DNA of 23,083 nucleotides from Fibrobacterota bacterium (GTDB lineage Bacteria > Fibrobacterota > Fibrobacteria > UBA11236), in the NCBI GenBank assembly GCA_043753995.1, contig JAYUVP010000273.1, forward strand, positions 1-23,083, given 5' to 3'. A program made the position numbers and the translations under genes. Position 1 is the stretch's first letter. Each line of letters opens with the position of its first letter. Shown here one piece after another: positions 1 to 8,560 of this stretch. The notes beneath the pieces were generated by a model. The model was not told where the DNA came from. It saw only the letters and a program-made list of their open reading frames with translations, and searched no databases.

Positions 1-1
1 C

Positions 2-1759
2 AAATCGAAAGTATTAGCAGTCGATACCGAAACGACATCGCTGAATACCCGCGAGGCGGAATTGGTGGGGCTATGCTTATCCGATGCAGCGAATCGCGGC
101 TGGTACATTTCCATAGGTCATGCCGAGGGCGCCAATGCCTCTTTGGCGGCAGTGCAAAAGCACATCAAGCCTTTATTGGATGATTCCTCGCGTACCTTGA
201 TTTTTCACAATGCCAAATACGATTTGCCCATTCTGGCGCGCCACGGTTTATTGCCAGGGAATTTGTCTTCGCCTATGCATATCGTGGATACTCTGGTAGC
301 AGCCTATATGGGCAATCCCGGCGAGCGTGGCCTCAGCCTCGACGACTTGGCCTTGCGACATTTGGGACATGCCATGATTCCCATCGATGCCCTGATTGGC
401 AAAGGCGGTAAGGGCAAGCCTCAGCTTTCTTTCGCCCAAGTGTCGCGTGAGCAAGCTTGCGAATACGGGGCCGAAGATGCCGACTTCACTTGGCAGCTTT
501 GGCAGATTTTCGAAAAGGATTTGCGAGACAAGGAATTGTTGCCGCTTTTCCGTGATTTGGAAATGCCGCTCATGCCCGTACTCATGGTAATGGAGCAAAA
601 GGGCGTCCTAGTCGATGTGAAAGGTCTAAAGGCCCTGGGGAAAAAATTGAATGACATGCTTTTCACCTTGGAAAAGCAAATTTTCGAAACCGTAGGCCAT
701 AGTTTCAATCTTGGTTCGACCCAACAATTGGGAGCCGTGCTTTTCGAAGAGCTCGGACTCAAACATGGCCGTAAAACCAAGACGGGTTATAGCACCGACG
801 CCGACACCTTGGAAAAGCTAGCCGATGAGCATGTCGTGATTCCCATGCTATTGGAGTATCGGGAATTGTCCAAGCTGCGCAGCACCTATGTCGAGGCGCT
901 TCCCCACGAGGTCGATCCCCGCACTCAGCGCGTGCATTCGACTTTCAGCCAAACCATTGCCGCCACCGGGCGATTATCGAGCATCAATCCCAATTTGCAG
1001 AATATTCCCGTGCGCACCGAAATGGGCAAGGCCATACGCCATTGCTTCATTGCCCCGCCCGGACGCAAGCTTCTCGTCGCCGACTATAGCCAAATCGAAT
1101 TGCGCCTGCTGGCGCATTTTTCCGGCGACCCGGCCTTAGTGGATGCCTATCGTAACAATCATGACATTCATACGCGAACGGCAGCGGCCATATACGGCAT
1201 ACCCGAAAGCGAAGTCAATGGCGATATGCGCCGGAATGCTAAGACCATCAATTTTGGCGTGCTTTACGGCATGGGCCCGCAAAGACTTTCTCGACAGCTC
1301 CAAATCCCCATGGTCGATGCCAAGCGATTCATTGAGAACTATTTCAATACCTATTCGCGAGTCAATTCTTGGATTGAGGACACCGTCACCCAAGCCAGGC
1401 GCCGCGGTTATGTCGAGACCTTTTTAGGACGTCGCCGCTATTTGCCTGAATTGGCCGGTGACAATCGCATGTTGCGTGAAAATGCGGAGCGCATGGCGGT
1501 CAATACGCCCATCCAGGGCACGGCGGCCGATCTCATCAAGCAGGCCATGATAAATATTGCCAAACGATTGGAAAAAGAAAGCCTGCCTTGCGACATGATT
1601 TTGCAAGTGCATGACGAATTGGTTTTTGAAGTGGACGAAGGCTCTGAAGAAGCTGTCGGTGCCATGGTAAAGCATGAAATGATTCATGCCCTTGAGTTTT
1701 CCGTACCGCTGGATGTCGGTCTCGGCGTAGGTACGGATTGGATCAATGCAAAGGAGTGA
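2..1759 (+). CDS. polA: DNA polymerase I, 5'-partial (3'-5' exonuclease and polymerase domains)
   Basis: The frame is open from position 2 (KSKVLAVDTETTSL, ExoI). It also has FHNAKYD (ExoII), YGAEDAD (ExoIII), TGRLSSINPNLQNIP, ADYSQIELR (motif A), RRNAKTINFGVLYG (motif B) and LQVHDELVFE (motif C). Confidence 0.98.
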   Translation, partial: KSKVLAVDTETTSLNTREAELVGLCLSDAANRGWYISIGHAEGANASLAAVQKHIKPLLDDSSRTLIFHNAKYDLPILARHGLLPGNLSSPMHIVDTLVAAYMGNPGERGLSLDDLALRHLGHAMIPIDALIGKGGKGKPQLSFAQVSREQACEYGAEDADFTWQLWQIFEKDLRDKELLPLFRDLEMPLMPVLMVMEQKGVLVDVKGLKALGKKLNDMLFTLEKQIFETVGHSFNLGSTQQLGAVLFEELGLKHGRKTKTGYSTDADTLEKLADEHVVIPMLLEYRELSKLRSTYVEALPHEVDPRTQRVHSTFSQTIAATGRLSSINPNLQNIPVRTEMGKAIRHCFIAPPGRKLLVADYSQIELRLLAHFSGDPALVDAYRNNHDIHTRTAAAIYGIPESEVNGDMRRNAKTINFGVLYGMGPQRLSRQLQIPMVDAKRFIENYFNTYSRVNSWIEDTVTQARRRGYVETFLGRRRYLPELAGDNRMLRENAERMAVNTPIQGTAADLIKQAMINIAKRLEKESLPCDMILQVHDELVFEVDEGSEEAVGAMVKHEMIHALEFSVPLDVGLGVGTDWINAKE

Positions 1760-1760
1760 T

Positions 1761-2885
1761 ATGAAAATCAGAAAATGGAAAATTGTAACGGCCTTAAGCC
1801 TGGGTTTATTCGCCATTACGCAAGCTGAGGATTCCGCCTGGGTGTCCTTGATTCCCACCGGCACGGAATTAACCGACTGGACGCCCAAGTTCGAAGGTAA
1901 GGCGGTCGGGGTGAATCCGGACACGACCTTTCGCATGTCTCCGGAAGGCTATTTGTGGGTAAACCTGCATACCTCTTATAGCCGGACGGGTTTCGGCCAT
2001 TTGTATTACACCAAGAAAAAATTCTCGTATTACATCGTTCGCGCCGAATACAAGTTCACTAAGGACGTGTCGGAATCAGGCTTCGCCGAGTGGACCACGC
2101 AAAACAATGGCCTCATGCTCCACAGCCCGGATCCGAGCACGGTGACTGGGCAATTTCCGAATTCCATCGAAGTGCAATTGCTGGGTCCGAAAAACAAGAA
2201 TGAGGATCGCATTCCTTCGACGACTTGGCCGGTAGGTCGCTCGGGAAATATGTGCATCGCCGGAGACGCTTTCGTCCTCAATTACAATGGCAACAACAAT
2301 TACACCAATCATTGCACCACCGCTTCTTATCCCGATGCCTGGAAGGGGCAACAAATCCCATGGGACAAAGAATATTCGGACATGACCGTTCGCGTGCTTA
2401 GCGACTCCTTGGTGCAGCATTATATTCGCGGCCAGAAAGTTTTCGAGTCGTCCAAGATTCGCTATAAGACGGGTGGCCAGCCAGTGAAGGAAGGCTATAT
2501 CGCCATTCAGGCCGAAGGCACGGCAACCCTGTTTAAAAAACTGGAAGTACTTAGCCTCATCGGCTGCATGGATTCAACCAAATCCAACTACCGTACTTAT
2601 TTCGTGAAAAATGATGCCGCGGCTTGTAATCCCGTTTCCAGCATGGGTGGCATGCTGAAAGCAGACGCGAAATTCAATTCACGTCGTAGCGGTAACCAAT
2701 TGCTTTGGAGCCATGCCGATTTGCTGGGAGTGGAATTGTTTTCCATGAACGGTTCCCGCGTGGGCCGCGCCGCCCGCGATGTGCATGGAGAGTTGCGGCT
2801 CGCTGTGGAAAAACCCGGCCTATATCGCGCTCGCTTGGCAACTTCAAATGGAGTCTATTATCAAGCCGTGAACTTAGTTCACTAA
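1761..2885 (+). CDS. Secreted DUF1080-family (3-keto-disaccharide hydrolase-like) protein with a small C-terminal sorting-like domain
   Basis: AAGGAG RBS at 1751-1756 precedes ATG 1761. Signal peptide, then LTDWTPK, FGHLYY, YIVRAEYKF, NNGLMLHS, FPNSIEVQLLG and EGYIAIQAEG typical of DUF1080. A GCMD...NY segment and a C-terminal VELFSMNG...PGLY domain follow. Confidence 0.82.
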   Translation: MKIRKWKIVTALSLGLFAITQAEDSAWVSLIPTGTELTDWTPKFEGKAVGVNPDTTFRMSPEGYLWVNLHTSYSRTGFGHLYYTKKKFSYYIVRAEYKFTKDVSESGFAEWTTQNNGLMLHSPDPSTVTGQFPNSIEVQLLGPKNKNEDRIPSTTWPVGRSGNMCIAGDAFVLNYNGNNNYTNHCTTASYPDAWKGQQIPWDKEYSDMTVRVLSDSLVQHYIRGQKVFESSKIRYKTGGQPVKEGYIAIQAEGTATLFKKLEVLSLIGCMDSTKSNYRTYFVKNDAAACNPVSSMGGMLKADAKFNSRRSGNQLLWSHADLLGVELFSMNGSRVGRAARDVHGELRLAVEKPGLYRARLATSNGVYYQAVNLVH

Positions 2886-2898
2886 ATCAGGTTTTAAT

Positions 2899-3501
2899 TT
2901 GCGTATCGGTTTAACTGGAAATATTGCGGCGGGCAAGGGCGAAGTCGCCCGCCTACTCGCCCAATTCGGCTGTATTGTGGTCGATGCCGATGCCTTGGCC
3001 CATACTCTTTATCGTGAAAAGCCCGAACTGGTGGCCGCTCTGGCGGCCCATTTCGGGGAGGATATTCTGGCTGCCGATGGCAGCTTGAATCGCCAAGCCC
3101 TGGGGTCCAAGGTATTCCGCGACCCTGCGGCCCTGGAAGCCTTAAATGCCCATGTGCGTCCGGCCTTGCAGGAAGCGATTCTCCGGCGAATCGTGAGTGC
3201 CGAGGCGGAAGGCAAAACCGTGGTGCTTGACGCCGCCCTGATTGTCGAATGGGGTTGGGCGAAAGACTTCGACGCCTTATGGGTCGTCACCTGCCCCGAA
3301 GCCTTGCGCAAGGAGCGGCTTATGCGCCGCAATGGACTCGGCGAAGAAGAGGCGCAAGCGCGCATAGACAGCCAAATCCCCGAAAGTGGCAAGGCCGAAG
3401 TCGCCGATCTTATTCTCGATAATTCTGGCAGCCCTGAAGCCTTGCGCGAGCTTGTAGAAAAGGCCTGGCAAGATTTTAGGAAGACGCGCGCTGAAGCCTA
3501 G
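2899..3501 (+). CDS. coaE: Dephospho-CoA kinase
   Basis: IGLTGNIAAGK P-loop, VVDADALAH, LNRQALGSKVF, RLMRRNGL...AQARIDSQ and ADLILDNSG; TTG start. Confidence 0.96.
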   Translation: MRIGLTGNIAAGKGEVARLLAQFGCIVVDADALAHTLYREKPELVAALAAHFGEDILAADGSLNRQALGSKVFRDPAALEALNAHVRPALQEAILRRIVSAEAEGKTVVLDAALIVEWGWAKDFDALWVVTCPEALRKERLMRRNGLGEEEAQARIDSQIPESGKAEVADLILDNSGSPEALRELVEKAWQDFRKTRAEA

Positions 3502-3520
3502 GCAGCTCCAATCTTCTCTG

Positions 3521-4117
3521 CTAGTGCTCCGGTCCCTCTCGTTCGCCGTCTTCTCGCATGTCCTCAGTGCGCATCTTTTCGCGAAAGCGCTCGAAGCGCT
3601 GGTGCCTTTTCTCGCGCATGGACTCATGCATTTCGACGAATTTCCGATGCTGATCGGCCGTGAGATTTTCCAGGAAAAAGCCGAGAGCCTCTAAACGCAT
3701 TTGCCCCATTTGCGTCTCGATGAAGGCGATTTTTTCACCCTGCTTCAGCAAGTCCGCCTTATGCACCGGAAAAGCCTGCGTCAAATTCATCAAGTCAATT
3801 TCGGCCAAGGCCTTCTCGCTGCGCAATTGGATGCGTTGCTTTTCATGCGACGCGCGGAAATCACGGAATTTCTTTTTCTGATCAACGCTCAAATTGAGCT
3901 CGCGCAGCATTTGCGGACGGAAGATGTCGTCACGCATGCGACCGTCATCCGGGCCTTGGGCTAAGGAGGGTTGCAGACCGGCAACCACGAAAGCCAACCC
4001 TGCGGCCAAGGTCAGGGCTTTCAGCGGACGGAAAGATCTCGCAGGACCAGACAAGCCTGGCCGACCTTGAGGCCGCTTAGGCAGATTTTTTAGGAACCAA
4101 GTGATAGGGGTAGTCAT
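3521..4117 (-). CDS. Spy/CpxP/ZraP-like periplasmic protein (LTxxQ motifs)
   Basis: Signal-like hydrophobic segment, ELNLSVDQKKK and ENLTADQHRKF motifs, and helical Met/Arg-rich composition. GGAG lies 6 nt upstream of ATG 4117. It is the third gene of the ECF operon. Confidence 0.8.
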   Translation of the reverse strand: MTTPITWFLKNLPKRPQGRPGLSGPARSFRPLKALTLAAGLAFVVAGLQPSLAQGPDDGRMRDDIFRPQMLRELNLSVDQKKKFRDFRASHEKQRIQLRSEKALAEIDLMNLTQAFPVHKADLLKQGEKIAFIETQMGQMRLEALGFFLENLTADQHRKFVEMHESMREKRHQRFERFREKMRTEDMREDGEREGPEH

Positions 4118-4130
4118 AGTCATCTCCAGG

Positions 4131-4568
4131 TTATGGGCTTTGAAAAGCCAGAGTGTATTCATTGTCTTCGACGCCAAGTTCACCGAGGGCCGCGAGCCAG
4201 GTCAGGGTTTCCCGATCAATCGGATCGTGTTCTTCATTGTCTATGGCGAGGGCCGCGGCCATGGAATGCATGGCGACGGTGTTTTCTATGCCTGCATTGG
4301 GACGCGGCTTGCCGAACCAGGGGGAGGCCAAAAGCGTTAGTGAGGCAGCCAAAGCGAAGCCAACTTCCATCCACCGGGTGAGGCGTGGCATGGGTGTCGG
4401 CCTTGCAAATCCAGAGGGCAATGCCGCCGCTCCTTTTTCCGCCCGGGGAAAATCGGCGGCGATTTTATTCCACAACGCATCGCCAGCGACGAGTCGCGGC
4501 GCTTGTCGGAAGAGAGCCTCGGCGGAAGAGCCGTCAAATAGAAAGTCGCGTTCAAAAGAGTCAGCCAT
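4131..4568 (-). CDS. Putative membrane-anchored anti-sigma factor
   Basis: AGGAG RBS; the start overlaps the sigma stop codon by 8 nt. It has APRLVAGDALWNKIAA followed by one TM helix (WMEVGFALAASLTLLA), the usual layout of anti-sigma factors downstream of ECF genes. Confidence 0.7.
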   Translation of the reverse strand: MADSFERDFLFDGSSAEALFRQAPRLVAGDALWNKIAADFPRAEKGAAALPSGFARPTPMPRLTRWMEVGFALAASLTLLASPWFGKPRPNAGIENTVAMHSMAAALAIDNEEHDPIDRETLTWLAALGELGVEDNEYTLAFQSP

Positions 4569-5139
4569 GGGTAGTCTCCTTGGCAAGGATGTGGCGCAGG
4601 CGTTCACGAGCGCGCGAAAGACGCGCCTTGATCGTCCCTTCGACTTCATTGAAAATCACGCTTAATTCTTTGATCGAAAGTCCTTCGGCTTCTTTGAGCC
4701 AAAGAAGGGAGCGCGTCTCCGGTTCGAGTTGGGACATGGCGCGATGCAGGGTATCCTGAATTTCCAATACGGCGGCGGCCGAGGGCTCCGGGGAAGTTTC
4801 GTCCCCGGCATTCCATTCTCGCTGCAAGAGGTGGCGTCGATGCCCGGCCACGCTGAGGACATTGAGGCATTGATTGTGCATCGCGCGAAAAAGCCAGGTG
4901 CGCAAGCTGCTCTCGCCGCGAAATTGGCTTAAGATTTCCGGCAGGCGCAAAAACAAATCATGCACGGCATCTTCGGCGGCTTCGCGCGCCTGCAATAAGC
5001 GCCAAGCCTGATTGAGCAAGGTAGAGGCATGCAAATCATAAAGCACTCTCAGCCCAGCCAAATCCCCTGCCAGCACCTGGGTTAAGGCTTTTGCCTCGGA
5101 ATGTTTTTCCAGGGTAGAAGTGAGGATGGCAAGGCTCAT
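4561..5139 (-). CDS. ECF RNA polymerase sigma factor (sigma-70 group 4), copy 1
   Basis: Region 2 AAEDAVHDLFL...FRGESSLRTWLFRAMHNQCLN; region 4 LLWLKEAEGLSIKELS...GTIKARLSRARERLR. Confidence 0.95.
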   Translation of the reverse strand: MSLAILTSTLEKHSEAKALTQVLAGDLAGLRVLYDLHASTLLNQAWRLLQAREAAEDAVHDLFLRLPEILSQFRGESSLRTWLFRAMHNQCLNVLSVAGHRRHLLQREWNAGDETSPEPSAAAVLEIQDTLHRAMSQLEPETRSLLWLKEAEGLSIKELSVIFNEVEGTIKARLSRARERLRHILAKETTHG

Positions 5140-5146
5140 TAAGAGA

Positions 5147-5176
5147 TTAGACCGGTAAAAGGTGGCTTTGGTTGCA
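5147..5176 (-). promoter_or_regulatory. Putative ECF-type promoter of the sigma-1 operon (probably leaderless)
   Basis: The minus strand reads TGCAAC-N18-GTCTAA-N7-ATG(5139), with no Shine-Dalgarno sequence before the ATG. Confidence 0.55.
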
Positions 5177-5212
5177 CCTCAAAGAGCCAAAAAGGTCTAA
5201 AATTGGGTAGAC

Positions 5213-5938
5213 ATGAAAAAATCCCTGCTTGTCATGATGCTTATTGGCGCCCTACTCGGCGGCTTCCTTGGCTATTTAAATGGCCCCAAGGGCGATCCGC
5301 TGGCGAAATTGCTTCCCGCTAAGGATTTGACAGGATATCTCGAAGGCACCAAGGTCGCTATCATGGCCAATGCCAAAGGCCGCAGCATTACGGGCGGCTC
5401 CTTGCTTTGCGCCGAAGGCTGGGCACCTGCGGGCATTGCCCCGCAGTTTTTATTGCCCACGGTATTCGGTGCCCTCAAGGCGGTGCTTCAACAGAATCGC
5501 GAGGCCGACGTGGTGCGCCTCTATCTCGCCGAGGACAGTCTGCTTGCCCGTGCTTATCAATGGGTGGCGGTGGCGGAATACCGTCGCGGCCGTATTACCG
5601 TAACCGGTGGGTTTCCCACCGAGGCTTCGCTCGACTCCCTGCGCAAACTGGGGCTGCAGGCGCGCCGTCCCACTCAAATCGAGACCAAGGCTCTCGCCCA
5701 GCTCTTTGATCAAACCGGTGGGCTAGCCGCGGAGCGCTTAGAAGTCTCCCAATCCTTGAACATACCCGCGGGCGGCGCTTCTCCCGAAAGCCATTTCCGC
5801 CTCAGCCTGGAAACCCCGGTTTTGGCCAAGGTGGGCAAGCCTCTCGGGCTCAAGCCTCAAGAACTCAAAGACGCGGCCCTGGCCATCAATCGTTTTTACT
5901 GGCTGCGCGCCGGACAAATCATCGCCATTCGCGATTAA
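5213..5938 (+). CDS. Hypothetical N-terminally anchored exported protein (weak resemblance to DUF4875-like proteins)
   Basis: 241-aa ORF with an MKK plus hydrophobic N-terminus that fills the gap between the two sigma genes. ADVVRLYL...VAVAEY and RRPTQIE segments are only loosely suggestive of the family. Confidence 0.7.
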   Translation: MKKSLLVMMLIGALLGGFLGYLNGPKGDPLAKLLPAKDLTGYLEGTKVAIMANAKGRSITGGSLLCAEGWAPAGIAPQFLLPTVFGALKAVLQQNREADVVRLYLAEDSLLARAYQWVAVAEYRRGRITVTGGFPTEASLDSLRKLGLQARRPTQIETKALAQLFDQTGGLAAERLEVSQSLNIPAGGASPESHFRLSLETPVLAKVGKPLGLKPQELKDAALAINRFYWLRAGQIIAIRD

Positions 5939-5994
5939 AACCATGCTTTTCGTCCTTTCCCTGCCAATGCCGTTTTTTCGGCTATTCGATGCGG

Positions 5995-6022
5995 GGAACC
6001 TTTGGCGCTTCTTCTGGTCTAA
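5995..6022 (+). promoter_or_regulatory. Putative sigmaE-like ECF promoter upstream of sigma-2
   Basis: GGAAC-N17-GTCTAA (GGAACCTTTGGCGCTTCTTCTGGTCTAA). Confidence 0.65.
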
Positions 6023-6095
6023 AGGGAGAGGTCCGTGGGCAGGGATATTTTCCGCCGCCGAGGAGGCGCCGTCTTTTTCCCGTCCCGTGGCCCCA

Positions 6096-6719
6096 ATGGG
6101 AGTCGATGCGGATGCAGCCGATGTGCAACTTTTTCAAGCAGGCAAGGAGGCGGGTTTCAATCGCCTGGTCTTGCGGCATAAAGACAAAATCTTCACCTTA
6201 TGCTTTCGCCTTTTGGGCGATCGCGATGAAGCGCTCGATCTGGCCCAAGATGTTTTCGTCCGCGCCCACCGGGGCTTGGTTTCCTTTCGCGGCGAAGCGC
6301 GTTTTTCAACTTGGCTGCATACCATTGCCGTGCATGCCTGCCGCAATCGTCAGAGCTCGGCTGATTGGCGACAAAGGCGCAAAACCGAAAGCCTGGACAC
6401 CGCCGAAGAAAGGCATGAATCCATGCCGGGTGGCGGCGATCTCCATTTCACTTCCGACGCAGCGGAAAAAGGCGGGCGAGCCTGGTCTTCTGGCGCGCCC
6501 GAGCAAGATTTATTGCGCCACCGTCGCGAAAAACTTTTGCAAAGCGGTCTTTTACAATTGCCCTCTGAATTTCGCGAAGCCTTGGTTTTACGCGATGTCG
6601 AGGGCCGCAGCTACGAAGACATCGCAGCCCTGGCGCATTTGGAAATCGGTACCGTGAAATCGCGCATCAACCGCGCGCGGGAAAAAATGCGCGACTGGCT
6701 CAAGGAGCGTTGGGAGTGA
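6096..6719 (+). CDS. ECF RNA polymerase sigma factor (RpoE/SigW-like), copy 2; start uncertain (frame open from 5943)
   Basis: FNRLVLRHKDKIFTLCFRLLGDRDEALDLAQDVFVRA, FRGEARFSTWLHTIAVHACRN and LVLRDVEGRSYEDIA...GTVKSRINRAREKMR. The start is placed downstream of the promoter at 5995-6022; GTG 6087 is an alternative. Confidence 0.93.
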   Translation: MGVDADAADVQLFQAGKEAGFNRLVLRHKDKIFTLCFRLLGDRDEALDLAQDVFVRAHRGLVSFRGEARFSTWLHTIAVHACRNRQSSADWRQRRKTESLDTAEERHESMPGGGDLHFTSDAAEKGGRAWSSGAPEQDLLRHRREKLLQSGLLQLPSEFREALVLRDVEGRSYEDIAALAHLEIGTVKSRINRAREKMRDWLKERWE

Positions 6720-7735
6720 CGACGCAGGCGCATCGTCACTTGGACGACAATGCCCTTTGGGCCTGGGCAGAGTACCAGGCCCGTGCCGCGGCTCTGGCCG
6801 CGGGAGCGACCGAAGACGTCGCGGCTTGGCCCGACACGCCAGAGTTACCTGCGCAGGAAATTCGAGCGGAAGCTCTCGCCTGCGAGCCGTGCGCAGCACG
6901 ATTGCGTGAGGCCGTCAGCCAATTGACTGCGCTCCGTAGCCTTCCCGCCTTGCAAGCCCCGCCGGATTTTCTCATTCAAGTGCAAGCGAGATTGCAGGTG
7001 AGGCCGTCGATTTGGGTCTTCTGGAAAGGTCGTATCGCTGAATGGTTGGCTCCGAGTCATGGAGGACGTTTGCCGGTCGGCCTGGCTAGCGCCGCTCTGC
7101 TCGTTGTCGTCTTGATATGGGTGATGCCGCGCCAAAACGAAAAGTCGGATTCACCGGTGCCTACCGTCGCCGCCAAAGAGGAATTGAAACCGTCGGCACC
7201 CGATGCGAATCGAGAAGTTCTTGCTCTGCAAGCACCCAAGCGAGCCGCCGAGCGAATGGATAAAAGCAAAAACTCAAAATCAGAAAAAAAGGAGAGAACT
7301 CAGCAAATCCCCGCGACAAGATCCGGCGATCTGAAAGACCTCCGAAGGAAATCTCCCTCCGTCGACTTAACCGAGCCTGCACCCGTTGAAATCTCCGCTC
7401 CAACGCCTATGGAAATGCCGGTGGCTGGCGCTTCCTCAGTGGCTCAAGAAGCGGAAATGGACTTAAGCGTGGCAAGAGAAATTTCCAAGAAAAGCAATGA
7501 AGCCAATGCGCCCAGGGCTGTCAAAGCCAAGCCCAGTCCATGGGCTAGGCCGGCCTTGCCACCTGCGGTTCAAATCAATTCTTGGCATCACCAAGGGGAT
7601 ACTCTGGTGGGGATAGCGGCCTCAGGACATCGCAATGCTTTGGAAAAGGCTCTCGACTCTTTAGGATATGCTGGACTCTATCGCATTACCGTCCAGGGCG
7701 ATAGTCTCCAAGTGCTTGTCTTTCCTGCCGAGTGA
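6716..7735 (+). CDS. Putative anti-sigma factor with degenerate zinc-binding (ZAS-like) N-terminus, TM helix and low-complexity extracytoplasmic region
   Basis: GTG overlaps the sigma TGA (GTGA). It has HRHLDD...EALACEPCAARL, LRSLPALQAPPDF, the TM segment LASAALLVVVLIWVM, and then a Pro/Ala/Lys/Ser-rich tail. Confidence 0.78.
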   Translation: MTTQAHRHLDDNALWAWAEYQARAAALAAGATEDVAAWPDTPELPAQEIRAEALACEPCAARLREAVSQLTALRSLPALQAPPDFLIQVQARLQVRPSIWVFWKGRIAEWLAPSHGGRLPVGLASAALLVVVLIWVMPRQNEKSDSPVPTVAAKEELKPSAPDANREVLALQAPKRAAERMDKSKNSKSEKKERTQQIPATRSGDLKDLRRKSPSVDLTEPAPVEISAPTPMEMPVAGASSVAQEAEMDLSVAREISKKSNEANAPRAVKAKPSPWARPALPPAVQINSWHHQGDTLVGIAASGHRNALEKALDSLGYAGLYRITVQGDSLQVLVFPAE

Positions 7736-7749
7736 TCGGTTTTAGCAGG

Positions 7750-7789
7750 CAACAAAAAAGCCGCTTCCTAGGAAGCGGCTTTTTTGTTG
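7750..7789. terminator. Bidirectional intrinsic terminator
   Basis: Perfect 40-bp palindrome CAACAAAAAAGCCGCTTCCT/AGGAAGCGGCTTTTTTGTTG between convergent genes, with a T6 tract on both strands. Confidence 0.93.
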
Positions 7790-7813
7790 AATTTCGTGAA
7801 TCGAGGTGAGGAA

Positions 7814-8455
7814 TTAAGCCTTGCGGCGACGGCGAGCGGCACCCGCCAAAGCCAATAGGCCTAAGCCCATCAAGCCAATGGTGCCGGGTTCAGGAACAGC
7901 TGCGACAACCTTAACATCGTCTAAAAGCGTTCCGAGAGTATTGTTGATGCTGGAATTAAACAGGCCACCATCCGCGAAGGAAATGATGTCGGAGCCAGTG
8001 CCGAGGAAAGACAGGGTATAGACTTCCCAATTTAAGGAAGAGGCATTGGAGCCCTTGCTTAAAACGGAGGTGGCACCATTGAGGCCGACTACGAGCACAT
8101 TTTCATTCGCACCGTAGCCAGGACGGCCTGCAAAGGCGAAGGACAAGTTATACGCGAGACCTACCTGGGTATTGATGGTTTGTTGAATGCCAACCGAACC
8201 CGGCCCATTCAAATGAGCGTCGAGTTCCAACCAGTGGGTGCCTTCATAAGCAACCGTACCGGCACCCAAAACCCCATTGGATTGAACTTCAACCACACCC
8301 GTAGACGACCAGCCGTTCAGAGGATTGTAAAGCACCCAACCGCCATTGTTTTGGACAATGCCGGAGCCATTATTTTCAAAACTGCCATTGGCAATCAAAT
8401 TGGCATGCGATGCCACGGCTCCTACCAACAACAAACCCATAAATGCAAATTTCAT
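7814..8455 (-). CDS. PEP-CTERM sorting-domain protein with DUF642/choice-of-anchor-C-like domain
   Basis: Signal peptide, NLIANGSFE, WLELD, IQQTINT...YNLSFAFAGRP and GTLLDDVKV. The C-terminus has VPEPGT, a TM helix and RRRKA. GGGAG RBS. Confidence 0.93.
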   Translation of the reverse strand: MKFAFMGLLLVGAVASHANLIANGSFENNGSGIVQNNGGWVLYNPLNGWSSTGVVEVQSNGVLGAGTVAYEGTHWLELDAHLNGPGSVGIQQTINTQVGLAYNLSFAFAGRPGYGANENVLVVGLNGATSVLSKGSNASSLNWEVYTLSFLGTGSDIISFADGGLFNSSINNTLGTLLDDVKVVAAVPEPGTIGLMGLGLLALAGAARRRRKA

Positions 8456-8506
8456 AACCGCTCCCTATTAGGCGAAAAGGCGAAACAAGAAAACACTTCC
8501 TTTGGT

Positions 8507-8523
8507 TGCAATTTATATGCCAA
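8507..8523 (-). promoter_or_regulatory. sigma54 (-24/-12) promoter of the PEP-CTERM gene
   Basis: The minus strand reads TTGGCATATAAATTGCA, i.e. GG-N10-GC matching TGGCAC-N5-TTGCA with one mismatch, about 50 nt upstream of the ATG. Confidence 0.82.
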
Positions 8524-8560
8524 CTGTAGAGGTCGATTTTTTCTGATTTGACTGCTCGTT

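Noticed and set aside
5943..6095. Long N-terminal extension of sigma-2 given by the ORF track
   Set aside because: It contains the predicted autoregulatory promoter and does not resemble sigma sequence; probably not translated, though the start is unproven.
5989..6657. 222-aa alternative-frame ORF over sigma-2
   Set aside because: It overlaps a clearly conserved sigma factor frame and has no protein-like motifs.
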